The notes under the pieces: generated by a model
Told to the model about the DNA's origin: nothing
Seen by the model: the letters and a program-made list of their open reading frames with translations, nothing else
The model's database searches: none
Made by a program: the position numbers and the translations under genes
NCBI GenBank assembly: GCA_022711635.1
Contig: JAKLEQ010000003.1
Coordinates: 1 to 54,502 of the forward strand
Length of the DNA: 54,502 nucleotides
Source: Methanoregula sp.
GTDB lineage: Archaea > Halobacteriota > Methanomicrobia > Methanomicrobiales > Methanospirillaceae
Direction of reading: 5' to 3'
Shown here: positions 36,282 to 45,223 of the stretch, one piece after another
How the letters are laid out: the number at the start of each line of letters is the position of its first letter
Position numbering within the stretch: position 1 is the first letter of the stretch

Positions 36282-37559
36282 TTATACTATCCCTCTCTTG
36301 ACGGCAATCAGTTGATCCTGCAAATCTTTCACCTGCTGTTGGAGATGCTTGAACTCCGGTAAAAGTTCGGCCTGTTCCATGACGGTCTTCACCCTCTCCC
36401 GGTCCTCTTCGGTGAGCGCCGTCTCGCACTTCACGCACCATCTCCGGGTCGGTCCGTTGATCTCCCCGCAGTGAGGGCATTGCCGGGGCTCAAGGATCTT
36501 TGACTTGGTCCTCTCTCCCATCTCCACCCCTGCTACCCGGGCCATCTCGTTCACGACATCAGCCCCCCCGACATGGTTATAACACTTGTCAAACATCGTC
36601 GTTGCCGGGTCCCCCCATCCAAGGAGTTTAATCATGCTCTCCTGGGTGCCGTCCTGCACGAGGTGGGTTATCCGTGAATGCCGGAAGATGTGCGGGGTAA
36701 CGTGTTTCTGGATACCGGCACGCCCGGCGATTTTCCGGATCTGCTTCGCGATGCCGGCATACTGCAGCTGGTTACGACCCGAGCGTTTCCCGCCGCCATT
36801 CGCGGTGAGGAAAACGAACCGGTCCCCGGCAGGCTCCCCGGGGTAATCATTCTTCCATGCCGAGAGGTATTCCCGGGCCATGAACAATGGAATAATCCGG
36901 GTCTTCTCCGTTTTGAACCGGACCTTCAGGGTTGCATTGACATTGGTAAACGTGACCTGATTCCACCGCAGCGTACCAAGTTCGCCGATGCGGAGGGCGC
37001 CTTCATACAGGACAGACACGATCGCCCGGTCCCGGGAGTTCTGGCAGGCTCGCAGCATCGCGTGAACCTCTTCCCTTGAAAAAATCGAGTCCTCGGTCTT
37101 GACATCGTACCGGTATGCCGGCGGGGAAATTTCCTTCAGTTTCTTATAGGGGATAGTGGACCTTTCATTGTCCACAAGCCAGAGGAAAAACCGCTTCATG
37201 AACCGGACGAAATCGGCCTGGGTATTCTGTTTATACCGGGTGCTCCCGTCCGGCTTCTGTGTGGTCTCGATCGCCTCCCTCGCGGCATACACATCCTTGA
37301 TGCCACATTCGGGGAATGGCCTCGGCAGGAACTCACGCACTCCGATGAGCGTCACCGTGATTTTAAAGACCCGGGCTGTCGTGATCTTCCGGCTCCTCGC
37401 ACGAAGCTCCTGGGTAAATTCAAGGATGAGGTCCGCGTCTGCCTGGGAGATCCTCCCCTCCGTCACCGCCCTTGACAGGGCGCTCGTCGAATACCTCCGA
37501 TATGTCTCATCAGAAGTATGAAAATGGCTAATGCTCTCTTGACCGGCTGGCGTGGTCAT
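36282..37559 (-). CDS. int: tyrosine recombinase / integrase with a C-terminal zinc-ribbon and coiled-coil extension
   Basis: Catalytic-domain motifs LYEGALRIGEL (Arg), HIFRHSRITHL (H-x-x-R) and KCYNHV (Tyr). The tail contains CPHCGEINGPTRRWCVKCE. It is adjacent to attR. Confidence 0.85.
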   Translation of the reverse strand: MTTPAGQESISHFHTSDETYRRYSTSALSRAVTEGRISQADADLILEFTQELRARSRKITTARVFKITVTLIGVREFLPRPFPECGIKDVYAAREAIETTQKPDGSTRYKQNTQADFVRFMKRFFLWLVDNERSTIPYKKLKEISPPAYRYDVKTEDSIFSREEVHAMLRACQNSRDRAIVSVLYEGALRIGELGTLRWNQVTFTNVNATLKVRFKTEKTRIIPLFMAREYLSAWKNDYPGEPAGDRFVFLTANGGGKRSGRNQLQYAGIAKQIRKIAGRAGIQKHVTPHIFRHSRITHLVQDGTQESMIKLLGWGDPATTMFDKCYNHVGGADVVNEMARVAGVEMGERTKSKILEPRQCPHCGEINGPTRRWCVKCETALTEEDRERVKTVMEQAELLPEFKHLQQQVKDLQDQLIAVKRGIV

Positions 37560-37624
37560 GGATTAAAGTTGGGCTAACTTCTATATAATAGTTTCCCAAC
37601 AGAACATAACCCAAGGTCTATATG

Positions 37625-37637
37625 CCCCATAGCAGCA
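37625..37637 (+). repeat. attR core
   Basis: CCCCATAGCAGCA, identical to the tRNA-Glu 3' end at 23592-23604. It lies 66 nt beyond the integrase start. Confidence 0.8.
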
Positions 37638-37821
37638 CTCTTATTTTCACCGGATTTTCCCTCAAAAGTATCCGGAAGAAGTTTTCCGGGCCGGTACACA
37701 AAAGAGAGGTTTCTTACGGAACCCGGATACCGACATCCCCCTGCAACCGGCTCCAATCTTTTATCACCTCCCACTTCCATCTCACTGCCGGGGAGAGACC
37801 GTGAACAAAAATCCAGAATTT

Positions 37822-38298
37822 ATGACTGTCCGTATCCAGAAACCGGACGACGTGAATTTCATACTCGGCCAGTCCCATTTCATCAAAACCGTGGAAGACC
37901 TTGCCGAAGTCGTCGTCAGTTCTGTACCGGGTGCCAAGTTCGGGCTTGCATTCTGCGAGTCTTCGGGAGAATGCCTCATCAGGGTTGAGGGAAATGACGG
38001 GGAACTGAGAAGAATCGCGACCGAAAACGCACAGGCGATCGGGGCCGGTCATTCCTTCATCCTCTTCCTGCGGGACTGCTACCCGATCAATGTCCTGAAC
38101 GCAATCAAGAATCTTCCGGAGGTATGCACCATCTACTGTGCGACTGCAAATCCTGCCGAGATCCTCGTAGCTGTATCGGAACAGGGCAGGGGGATCCTTG
38201 GTGTGATTGACGGCGCTGCACCAAAAGGGGTCGAGGGAGCGGACGGAGTCGCATGGCGGATGGAATTCCTTCGGAAGATCGGGTACAAGCGTGCCTGA
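37822..38298 (+). CDS. adenosine-specific kinase-like (DUF355) family protein
   Basis: ILGQSHFIKTVEDLAEVVV and IYCATANP segments match this small conserved archaeal family as I recall it. ATG 37822 is preferred to GTG 37801. Confidence 0.6.
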   Translation: MTVRIQKPDDVNFILGQSHFIKTVEDLAEVVVSSVPGAKFGLAFCESSGECLIRVEGNDGELRRIATENAQAIGAGHSFILFLRDCYPINVLNAIKNLPEVCTIYCATANPAEILVAVSEQGRGILGVIDGAAPKGVEGADGVAWRMEFLRKIGYKRA

Positions 38299-38370
38299 TC
38301 GTTTTCCTCAATTTTCGTCGAACAGAGACCCGGAACCGCCAAGGCTCCCCTGGCTGGGGAGGTAACTGCA

Positions 38371-38630
38371 GATCGGGCACCCCCCCCAGGAAGTCATGGG
38401 GGGCCGGTCGATCAGGGGGGGTCCTGATCACCCCCGCGGTCCCATATCTCCCCCTTTTTCCACGCGAACCAGAGGGTGGGGGGTCGGGCGCTCCCCGAAG
38501 GACCGGATGAATATCGGTGGACGACGTTTTTGCAAATGGTTAGGGGGAAGGGGGAGGACCCGGCAGGAAGGACCCCCTGGCAGGGGGGGGCAGGGGGTTC
38601 CCGATCGTGGAGGGTGGGGGTGCCTGATCA
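38371..38630. repeat. G-tract / C-tract-rich non-coding region bounded by an imperfect inverted repeat
   Basis: At least seven G5-G8 runs on the plus strand and three C5-C8 runs. GATCGGGCACCCCC (38371-38384) pairs with GGGGGTGCCTGATC (38616-38629) as a 13/14 inverted repeat. The CCTGATCA motif recurs. Confidence 0.5.
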
Positions 38631-38885
38631 GCTCCTGGTATCCCCTCAACCCGCTTTCACGTCAGAGGAGAAGACAAGGCCCCGACTGGGTTGTGTCAGC
38701 TGAAGCGGATGTAGGAAGATCGGCCAACCCTCCCTGGGGGATTCCAAGGGATATCGAAATCTCCATCACCCCCTCCGGATTTGTTGGTAATACAGGGAAT
38801 CGCTGATGTACCGGGAACAGAAACCACGGGATACCCGCTGTCGGGATCGAATAACAGAAATACGATGCTGTGATGATGGAGAGTC

Positions 38886-39950
38886 ATGAAGAATCTGATC
38901 CCCGGAACAGTAGTGCTGCTTGTCCTCATGGCAGCCTTCGCGGCGTGCACGGAACAACAACCGGTGGAGAACGGTGCCGTCATTACCTATACCCTGTACG
39001 GAGGTTTTGTCATGCCCGCGTACGCAGTTCAGGAGCTGGTTGTAACTGAACACATGGCGACGTTTACGATCCGTTCTTCTGACGGCGCTGTCACCAGAGA
39101 ATACAGGAGGAACCTGACCAAGGAACAGTACGATGCGATCGTCCAGGTATTCGCCGACAACAATTTCCCGGCGTTTGGCAACCGCTATGTCGAAGGAGAG
39201 AGTCATGTCACCGATGTCGGGTATGCGGACATCAATTTCACCGCCAACGGGAAGAGCAAGGTCGTGACAACCTATAACTACAACGACTTCATGCCGCAGG
39301 GGTTGATAACCATACGGGAGAAACTCCAGGAGACCATCGTATATGTGACGACGCTTGACGAGGCACAGATCAAAGAGCTCGCTAAGGACTGGATCCAAAA
39401 AGCTCCCACCTATTCGTATGACGGTTCCGGTCTCCAGCCTGTCGGTTACGTCCGGCAGGGTTCAGACCCGGTCCGCCACGTGCTCACGTATAATTTCACG
39501 AGCAGCCATGCCGGGTTCGGCAACCGTACCGGGAAGGTGACCGCACAGGTTATCACGCCCCATACGATTTGGGTCACCATCATTGACAGTAGTGTCGACT
39601 CTGCAGTGATCGATGGCCTTTGGGATGAGATGGGCCAGTTCATCATCGGATCTGACGAATCCCTCACATTCAGGCCAAAGAAATGCGAGAAACCGCCATG
39701 GCAGGTCTGGGAGGAGAACTCCGGGAGGGTGTACATCAGGATGCCGACCGATGAAGAGATTATCCGGAACTACTATGCCTCAGTGTACGAAACTGATGTC
39801 CGCGATGTCAGGAAAGTGCAGGTCGCCGAAGTCACCTGCGAAGCGTGTAGCGTCTGTCCGGAAACGTATCAATTCAGCCTGACCGTGAATACCGGAAGGA
39901 TGCTCCCGCTGCTCGATGAAGGATGGGAAAGGACCGGTGAAAAAAAATAG
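38886..39950 (+). CDS. lipoprotein of unknown function
   Basis: Signal peptide plus lipobox (VLLVLMAAFAAC). 354 aa. Confidence 0.7.
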   Translation: MKNLIPGTVVLLVLMAAFAACTEQQPVENGAVITYTLYGGFVMPAYAVQELVVTEHMATFTIRSSDGAVTREYRRNLTKEQYDAIVQVFADNNFPAFGNRYVEGESHVTDVGYADINFTANGKSKVVTTYNYNDFMPQGLITIREKLQETIVYVTTLDEAQIKELAKDWIQKAPTYSYDGSGLQPVGYVRQGSDPVRHVLTYNFTSSHAGFGNRTGKVTAQVITPHTIWVTIIDSSVDSAVIDGLWDEMGQFIIGSDESLTFRPKKCEKPPWQVWEENSGRVYIRMPTDEEIIRNYYASVYETDVRDVRKVQVAEVTCEACSVCPETYQFSLTVNTGRMLPLLDEGWERTGEKK

Positions 39951-39982
39951 AAAAATGCACGGAGGATTTTTTGGTGGGAAAA

Positions 39983-40270
39983 TTACGGATCGGACAGGGG
40001 TTTTCCCTCAAGATACTCCAAAAGTTTCCGTCCGGGGGAAGTACCCGTGCAAACCGGTCCTGGCGGACTCATGGCGACAGGCCGCTGGTCCGAGGGGGAT
40101 CCGGTTGGCAGCCCGTCCTTTCCGGGGAACTCCTCCACCACCTCCCATGTGATGCCGTACTTCATGACTCCGAACGGACAGCGGTCGGGCAGACCAAGGG
40201 GGGAGTTCGTTTCGAGCGTGCAATCGAGATTATAGAAGCCCGAACATTTTGTGCATAAAAATTTTGTCAT
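39983..40270 (-). CDS. small Cys-rich hypothetical protein
   Basis: MTKFLCTKCSGFYNLDCTL...DRCPFG resembles a zinc ribbon. An AT-rich promoter-like region lies upstream. The C-terminal half is low-complexity, so coding status is uncertain. Confidence 0.35.
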   Translation of the reverse strand: MTKFLCTKCSGFYNLDCTLETNSPLGLPDRCPFGVMKYGITWEVVEEFPGKDGLPTGSPSDQRPVAMSPPGPVCTGTSPGRKLLEYLEGKPLSDP

Positions 40271-40538
40271 TTTTTTCTCGGACTTGATATTTTATTGTCC
40301 ACATTAATGAATATTTCTATTTTAATCAGGATATTTTCTGATTGAATTCATAATTTTCTCCGAACATCCATCCAGATCGGATCTTCTGTCACCTTTCCCG
40401 GGGCGAGGCGATCGCTGTTTCTGGTGAAACAGGGATTTTGCCCGGTTCTCCCCGCGTTCGGCCGGCCTTTATCTTGGTATACCGCAATGATCTTTTCTGC
40501 AAAACCGGTTCTGGGAATGACCCCATGGTCACCCCTGT

Positions 40539-41213
40539 ATGCAGGAAGCACGGAAGAGAATGAGGTCTGACCCAAAAGAACGGCCGAATGCTGCTTCGGC
40601 CGCGATGGATGCATGGGAGAAGGCGTACACAAACCAGGGGAGGATTTGGGGAGGTGCGCCGTTTCCGGTCGAAAATATGCCTGATGCAGCGCGGGTACTC
40701 GAGATGGGGTGCGGAAGCGGGAGACTGCTTGCAGCGCTTGCAGGAAAAGCATCAGAATGCATCGGATTCGATTTTTCGAGGACCGCCTGCAGGCTTTCCC
40801 GGCAGGCAGTCAGCGATCCCGGTGTAACGATTCTCACCGCGGATGCTTGTCACATCCCCATCAGGCCGTCATGCATCGATGTCGTCGTCGCATACCATAT
40901 CGTCGGTCACCAGACAGAACGAGATCGCACAGCACTCTGCCTTGAAGCAGCACGCGTGCTGCGCAAGGGTGGGCAGTTGATCTTCTGTGACTTCTCCGAA
41001 AAGGATTTCAGAGCAGGCCGGGGCCAGGCGATTGAGGACCGCACATACCTGCGCGGAAACGGGATCATCACCCATTACTTCACGGAGGAGGAGATCCGAT
41101 CCATACCGGGCCCGTTCCGCATCTGCAGTCTCGCAACAGTCAGTCATCCCATGGTCGTCAGCGGCAAGGCATTCAACCGTTCTGAGCTTGTGGCTACGTA
41201 CACCCGGCTCTGA
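40539..41213 (+). CDS. class I SAM-dependent methyltransferase
   Basis: Motif I VLEMGCGSGRLL and post-I/II motifs (IDVVVAYHIV). Confidence 0.85.
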   Translation: MQEARKRMRSDPKERPNAASAAMDAWEKAYTNQGRIWGGAPFPVENMPDAARVLEMGCGSGRLLAALAGKASECIGFDFSRTACRLSRQAVSDPGVTILTADACHIPIRPSCIDVVVAYHIVGHQTERDRTALCLEAARVLRKGGQLIFCDFSEKDFRAGRGQAIEDRTYLRGNGIITHYFTEEEIRSIPGPFRICSLATVSHPMVVSGKAFNRSELVATYTRL

Positions 41214-41326
41214 TTCAAATCAGTTTGTCCCGGGGACGCACCCCGGCCTGCAAAACGAAAAACCTGGTGACCCGGTGCGTCGTCTCTTCAGCAGGATCTG
41301 GTGGAAAGGAGAGAAAACGAAGGAGG

Positions 41327-42070
41327 CTAATCGTTCCGGACAGCGTAATAATAGGTGCCCGCCCCCGCAAGACCGAGAATGGCAATGACCGTAGCTGTGA
41401 CCGGCAGCCCCGACGTGGGCGCAAGTGTCGCAGGAACCGCAGTTGTCTCTTCGATCACCGGCACAGCCGTCGCCGCCGGAGTGGCAATGGTTGTAACCTT
41501 CACGGTCGCCCGGGTTGTGACCGGTCTCTGGGATGGCGTAGTTGTTACCGTGTCAGCTTTCTTCGAAGGGTCGATCACGACATGCCGGATCGACGGGAGC
41601 GTCGACGAGTCGGTGAACGACTTGGTATACCCGTCAGGGAAGTTGACCGTCGTCGTCTGGGGTGTGAAATCCGCGGTGATCACGGAGCTGACCGCGGAAT
41701 CCTGAAGGGCAATCTCTGCTTTGGAGAAGTCCATGCTCGTAGTAAGATACTCGGTCCCGGTGGGGGTGTCGCTCAGCTGGGCGAAGTCCTTGAGGCGGAG
41801 CGTTGCACCCGATCGTGAGAAGGCGATCACTTCCGGAGGGTCGGTGCTCGTGGAGAGACCTTTCACCAGTTCTTCTTCGAGCACTGACTCCGGGATCGCA
41901 TTTTCGATAAAACCCTCCAGCGTGTAATCAAATATTGCCGTTGCGTCTCCATTGGAAGCAACGGTTATCACCAGGGAGTCCGCAGTAAATGCAGCTCCGG
42001 GACACATGAGGAAGGAGAGGCAGAGTACCAGGGATCCCAGGCAAACAAGGCGGCGATGATCCGGCTGCAT
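41327..42070 (-). CDS. secreted protein with a Thr-rich linker and a C-terminal TM anchor
   Basis: An N-terminal signal peptide, a TTTPSQRPVTTRATVKVTTIATPAATA linker, and a terminal helix VTATVIAILGLAGAGTYYYAVRND. Confidence 0.65.
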   Translation of the reverse strand: MQPDHRRLVCLGSLVLCLSFLMCPGAAFTADSLVITVASNGDATAIFDYTLEGFIENAIPESVLEEELVKGLSTSTDPPEVIAFSRSGATLRLKDFAQLSDTPTGTEYLTTSMDFSKAEIALQDSAVSSVITADFTPQTTTVNFPDGYTKSFTDSSTLPSIRHVVIDPSKKADTVTTTPSQRPVTTRATVKVTTIATPAATAVPVIEETTAVPATLAPTSGLPVTATVIAILGLAGAGTYYYAVRND

Positions 42071-42207
42071 AAAGCGTCACGTTTGCAGGTCCCGGCATTT
42101 AAATTCCTTGGAAGCACTTGGTTCGACAGATTCACCAGAATGGATCGATCGCTGCGGCGTTTCCCGTACTCATGTTGATATAGGAATCCCGCATAACCGT
42201 TCTGGCA

Positions 42208-42900
42208 ATGGTCATTAATATTATCGATATCTTTCTTCATATCGACGAAAACCTCAAACCGGTCATCCAGGAATATGGTGTCTGGACGTACCTTATCCTG
42301 TTTGTCATAATTTTTCTGGAGACTGGGCTTGTCATAACACCCTTCCTCCCGGGTGATTCCCTCCTCTTTGTTGCCGGCGCCTGCGCGGCAAGCGGGCTTC
42401 TGGAATTTCCGTACCTCCTCCTTGTCTTTGCCCTCGCTTCTATCGTCGGTGATACCGTCAACTACTGGATCGGGAATTATATCGGCTTAAAAGTCCTTCA
42501 GTGCCGGTTTCCGAATATCCTGAAGAAAGAATATATCGACCGGACCTACGGATTTTATGAACAGTACGGGGGGCTCACCATCTTCGTCGCCAGGTTCGTC
42601 CCGATTGTCCGAACGTTTGCCCCGTTCCTTGCCGGTGTCGGTTCCATGGAATATCGCCGGTTCCTCACCTTTAACATCCTTGGGGGGGTCGCCTGGTCGC
42701 TCGCGCTGGTCTCCGCCGGGTATTTCTTCGGCTCGATCCCGGTCGTCAAGGAGAACCTCAATATCCTGATCTATCTCGTCATCCTCATTACCGCAGCAAC
42801 CGTCTTCATGATTCTCGCCTCTCTCGTCTCCGCGTACCTGAAACAGCGCCGGTGCGCAGATGCCGGTACACCGGATACCGGCACACCGGGGGAAAAATAA
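42208..42900 (+). CDS. DedA-family membrane protein
   Basis: FLETGLVITPFLPGDSLLFVAG and RFVPIVRTFAPFLAG are DedA signatures. Confidence 0.9.
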   Translation: MVINIIDIFLHIDENLKPVIQEYGVWTYLILFVIIFLETGLVITPFLPGDSLLFVAGACAASGLLEFPYLLLVFALASIVGDTVNYWIGNYIGLKVLQCRFPNILKKEYIDRTYGFYEQYGGLTIFVARFVPIVRTFAPFLAGVGSMEYRRFLTFNILGGVAWSLALVSAGYFFGSIPVVKENLNILIYLVILITAATVFMILASLVSAYLKQRRCADAGTPDTGTPGEK

Positions 42901-42917
42901 CGGACCGGCTTACCCGT

Positions 42918-43997
42918 CTATGGGCCAGTCGTGATAATCATCCCGGTATTATCGACTGCTGTTGTGAAGGCGATTGTCAGACCAAGCGGGCGTAACAGGT
43001 TTTCCATCTCCGCATGGTTCTTTTCGGTGACAACGGCGATCGAGGGTCCGACAGAGCTCATCCCCACGAACTCGAGCCCGGCTTCACGCAGCATGCTCAT
43101 GTAATGGTAGATCCGGTAGCTGTGGTGTTCGACCTCTGCGCGCTTCGAGCCGCGGAACTCGATCTCCCAGATAATGTCCCCAATCCTCTTCAGATCATTA
43201 TCTTCAAGAGCCGGGATCAGGTCCATCAGAAGAAGGTATGCCTTGAGCTCGCGGTCGCGGTAGTCCAGCGTCCGGGCCTTGTTCATGAGCAGGTCGAATT
43301 CCTTGGTCCCTGCAGAGGAAATATCTGTCGGGGGGATGAGAATATGGACGAATTTTCCCTCGGCAAAAGGGTGGTGGAAGACGAGGGAGAGCTCGTCGCC
43401 CATAATCGCCATGCCGCCATGCGTGCTCACCGCAGGTCCGACCCCGGTCTCAAAACCGAAGGCGATATGTCCATCAGCGGTCTCCTCAACGTAATTATGG
43501 CCGATCAGCTTGCGCAGCTGCGTGTTGGTCAGCGGGGCGCCAAGAGCAACATTCATCGCGGTCGCCACCGCGATCATGACCGTACTGGTCGAACCGAGTC
43601 CGACATGTTGTCGCTGGTGGTCCCGCGCCCGGATCGAAAAGCCCCCGGTATAGCCGACCGCCCGCCGGAAAACTTCCACGAAGTTCCGGATGAGTGGCGC
43701 GCGGCCATAGTCGATCTCGATCTTTTCTTCCGTACAGGAGACCTCTGCAGTGCAGTAACACTGGATCGCGAACCCCACACCTCCACCCCCGGGATGGTCC
43801 GGGGCAAACCGGTTCATGTCGAGAACCGTCAGGTGGATCCGGGCCGGCGCCCGGACCATGACAGTCCCTGTTCCGGGTTTGAGAACGTGCGGCAGTCTCT
43901 CGAACCCCAGCGTGTACACAACCTCGCCCGGGGAGAAGGTCCTGAACTCGTACTCGACGAGGTCGAGGTCGCCCCCCCGGATTTTCCTTACCGTCAT
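42918..43997 (-). CDS. GHMP-kinase-fold protein, likely beta-ribofuranosylaminobenzene 5'-phosphate (beta-RFAP) synthase of methanopterin biosynthesis
   Basis: VRAPARIHLTVLDMN and GLGSTSTVMIAVATA (GHMP motif II). The size and methanogen context fit. Confidence 0.65.
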   Translation of the reverse strand: MTVRKIRGGDLDLVEYEFRTFSPGEVVYTLGFERLPHVLKPGTGTVMVRAPARIHLTVLDMNRFAPDHPGGGGVGFAIQCYCTAEVSCTEEKIEIDYGRAPLIRNFVEVFRRAVGYTGGFSIRARDHQRQHVGLGSTSTVMIAVATAMNVALGAPLTNTQLRKLIGHNYVEETADGHIAFGFETGVGPAVSTHGGMAIMGDELSLVFHHPFAEGKFVHILIPPTDISSAGTKEFDLLMNKARTLDYRDRELKAYLLLMDLIPALEDNDLKRIGDIIWEIEFRGSKRAEVEHHSYRIYHYMSMLREAGLEFVGMSSVGPSIAVVTEKNHAEMENLLRPLGLTIAFTTAVDNTGMIITTGP

Positions 43998-44254
43998 GGT
44001 CAGGCCCTCCCGGCCCGTTTGTCAGGCAGAGTGCACCAGACAATCTCGGGGATCCATCCCGGTTGTGGCGTCATGCGCTAAAGTGGGTTCGTTTTGAGGA
44101 ATAAAGGTATTGCAATCTCACGGGCATGGTGCCTCTGTCCGAACACAGGAGATTGAGGGACTGGAAAGTCACACCCCTGCGCCCGACAGACATTCGGGCG
44201 GAACGGATCAAACCTGTAATGGTAATATCCTTGCACTGCAAACGAAAGCAATGT

Positions 44255-44746
44255 ATGAAATCAACTGCTCTCTTCCTTTTGCCGGTGTTTATCCTGCTGG
44301 TCTTCGTATCTGCCGGATGCCTCTCCGGTTCCGAACCGATGACAACGACCGCGGGTACTCCCCTGCCGACACAGATTCCCGAAACTCCTCCCCCAACCGC
44401 GGAACCAATAGCGGTATCACTCGCACCCGGTCCGACCCAGACACTCCCTCCGCAATACTATGTCGAGGTCCAGGTTGAGAAGCAGAACCAGGCAGGGGTC
44501 CCGACTATCACCGTCACCTTCCGTGGGGGGACCGGTATGGCATTTACCGAGCAGGTAAATATTCAGGTCACGCGCTCTGATGGAGTCGTTGAGACGGCGA
44601 CCATGTACAAGCCGAAGGTCGGTGACGAGAGGAACCTGAAGGGGACCGCGAATGACGACCGGGTCGAGGTTTCCGTTCTTGTCGCAACCGGAGATTCCTA
44701 CACGATATATGATGCGCTCGTACCGTACCAATCGATAAATCCCTGA
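44255..44746 (+). CDS. lipoprotein of unknown function
   Basis: MKSTALFLLPVFILLVFVSAGC is a signal peptide plus lipobox, followed by a Pro/Thr linker. Confidence 0.65.
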   Translation: MKSTALFLLPVFILLVFVSAGCLSGSEPMTTTAGTPLPTQIPETPPPTAEPIAVSLAPGPTQTLPPQYYVEVQVEKQNQAGVPTITVTFRGGTGMAFTEQVNIQVTRSDGVVETATMYKPKVGDERNLKGTANDDRVEVSVLVATGDSYTIYDALVPYQSINP

Positions 44747-44802
44747 AAAAAATTTTTTCGTACGCGATAACCGGCTGTCGGAAACGCCAGCTCCCGCCAG
44801 GC

Positions 44803-45135
44803 TCATTTCCCTTTATGCTTTTCTTCCAGCAGATTCCGGATTTCTTTGATATCTTCTGCCATCTGCCGGATCTCCGGGTTCATCCGCCGGTTCTGGTGGG
44901 AGGTGATCCTGTTCCATATGTCATACTTTTCAAAGAACCACCCGATACTGGTACAGAATATCACGAGAGCGGTTACCGCGATCGGGATGATCCAGAACGG
45001 CATGTAGATCCCTTTTACGGTAAACATTGTGACCAGGTTCATCCCAAAATTTACAATCCCGATCAGGATGGCAATAATCCCGAACCCGAAAACGAACCAG
45101 ACATAGAACGGGATAAGCCGGTCGGTTATGGTCAT
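44803..45135 (-). CDS. small multi-TM membrane protein with a C-terminal amphipathic helix
   Basis: From ATG 45135, two or three hydrophobic helices are followed by NPEIRQMAEDIKEIRNLLEEKHKGK. Confidence 0.55.
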   Translation of the reverse strand: MTITDRLIPFYVWFVFGFGIIAILIGIVNFGMNLVTMFTVKGIYMPFWIIPIAVTALVIFCTSIGWFFEKYDIWNRITSHQNRRMNPEIRQMAEDIKEIRNLLEEKHKGK

Positions 45136-45223
45136 GTCAACTTCCTTTCCCCTCGGATTTTCATAATATTTTCCGTCCCCGCTGCCGCTGCTCCACGCGG
45201 GGAGGGAACGTGCAGCGACAGCC

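Larger units (their letters stand above)
23592..37637. mobile_element. ~14 kb integrative element (cryptic head-tail provirus or satellite-like island) inserted in tRNA-Glu
   Basis: A 13-bp direct repeat CCCCATAGCAGCA lies at 23592-23604 (tRNA 3' end) and at 37625-37637. A tyrosine integrase sits next to the right repeat. The interior encodes virus/plasmid-type genes: SF3 helicase, terminase and tape measure. Confidence 0.85.

Noticed and set aside
38396-38806. 136-aa Gly/Arg/Pro-rich ORF, plus 38428-38649 on the minus strand, across the G-tract region
   Set aside because: The amino-acid composition is dictated by the G and C homopolymer runs. There is no start context and no domain. The region is treated as non-coding.
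38300-38885. RNase P RNA or SRP RNA hidden in the long intergenic region
   Set aside because: I looked for the RNase P CR-I/CR-V signatures (GAGGAAAGUCC, ACAGAA..GGCUUA) and the SRP helix-8 motif (GGAAGG.AGCAGCC). Only loose fragments are present (CAGGAAGGACC, ACAGAAAC). This is not enough to call either RNA without a covariance-model search.
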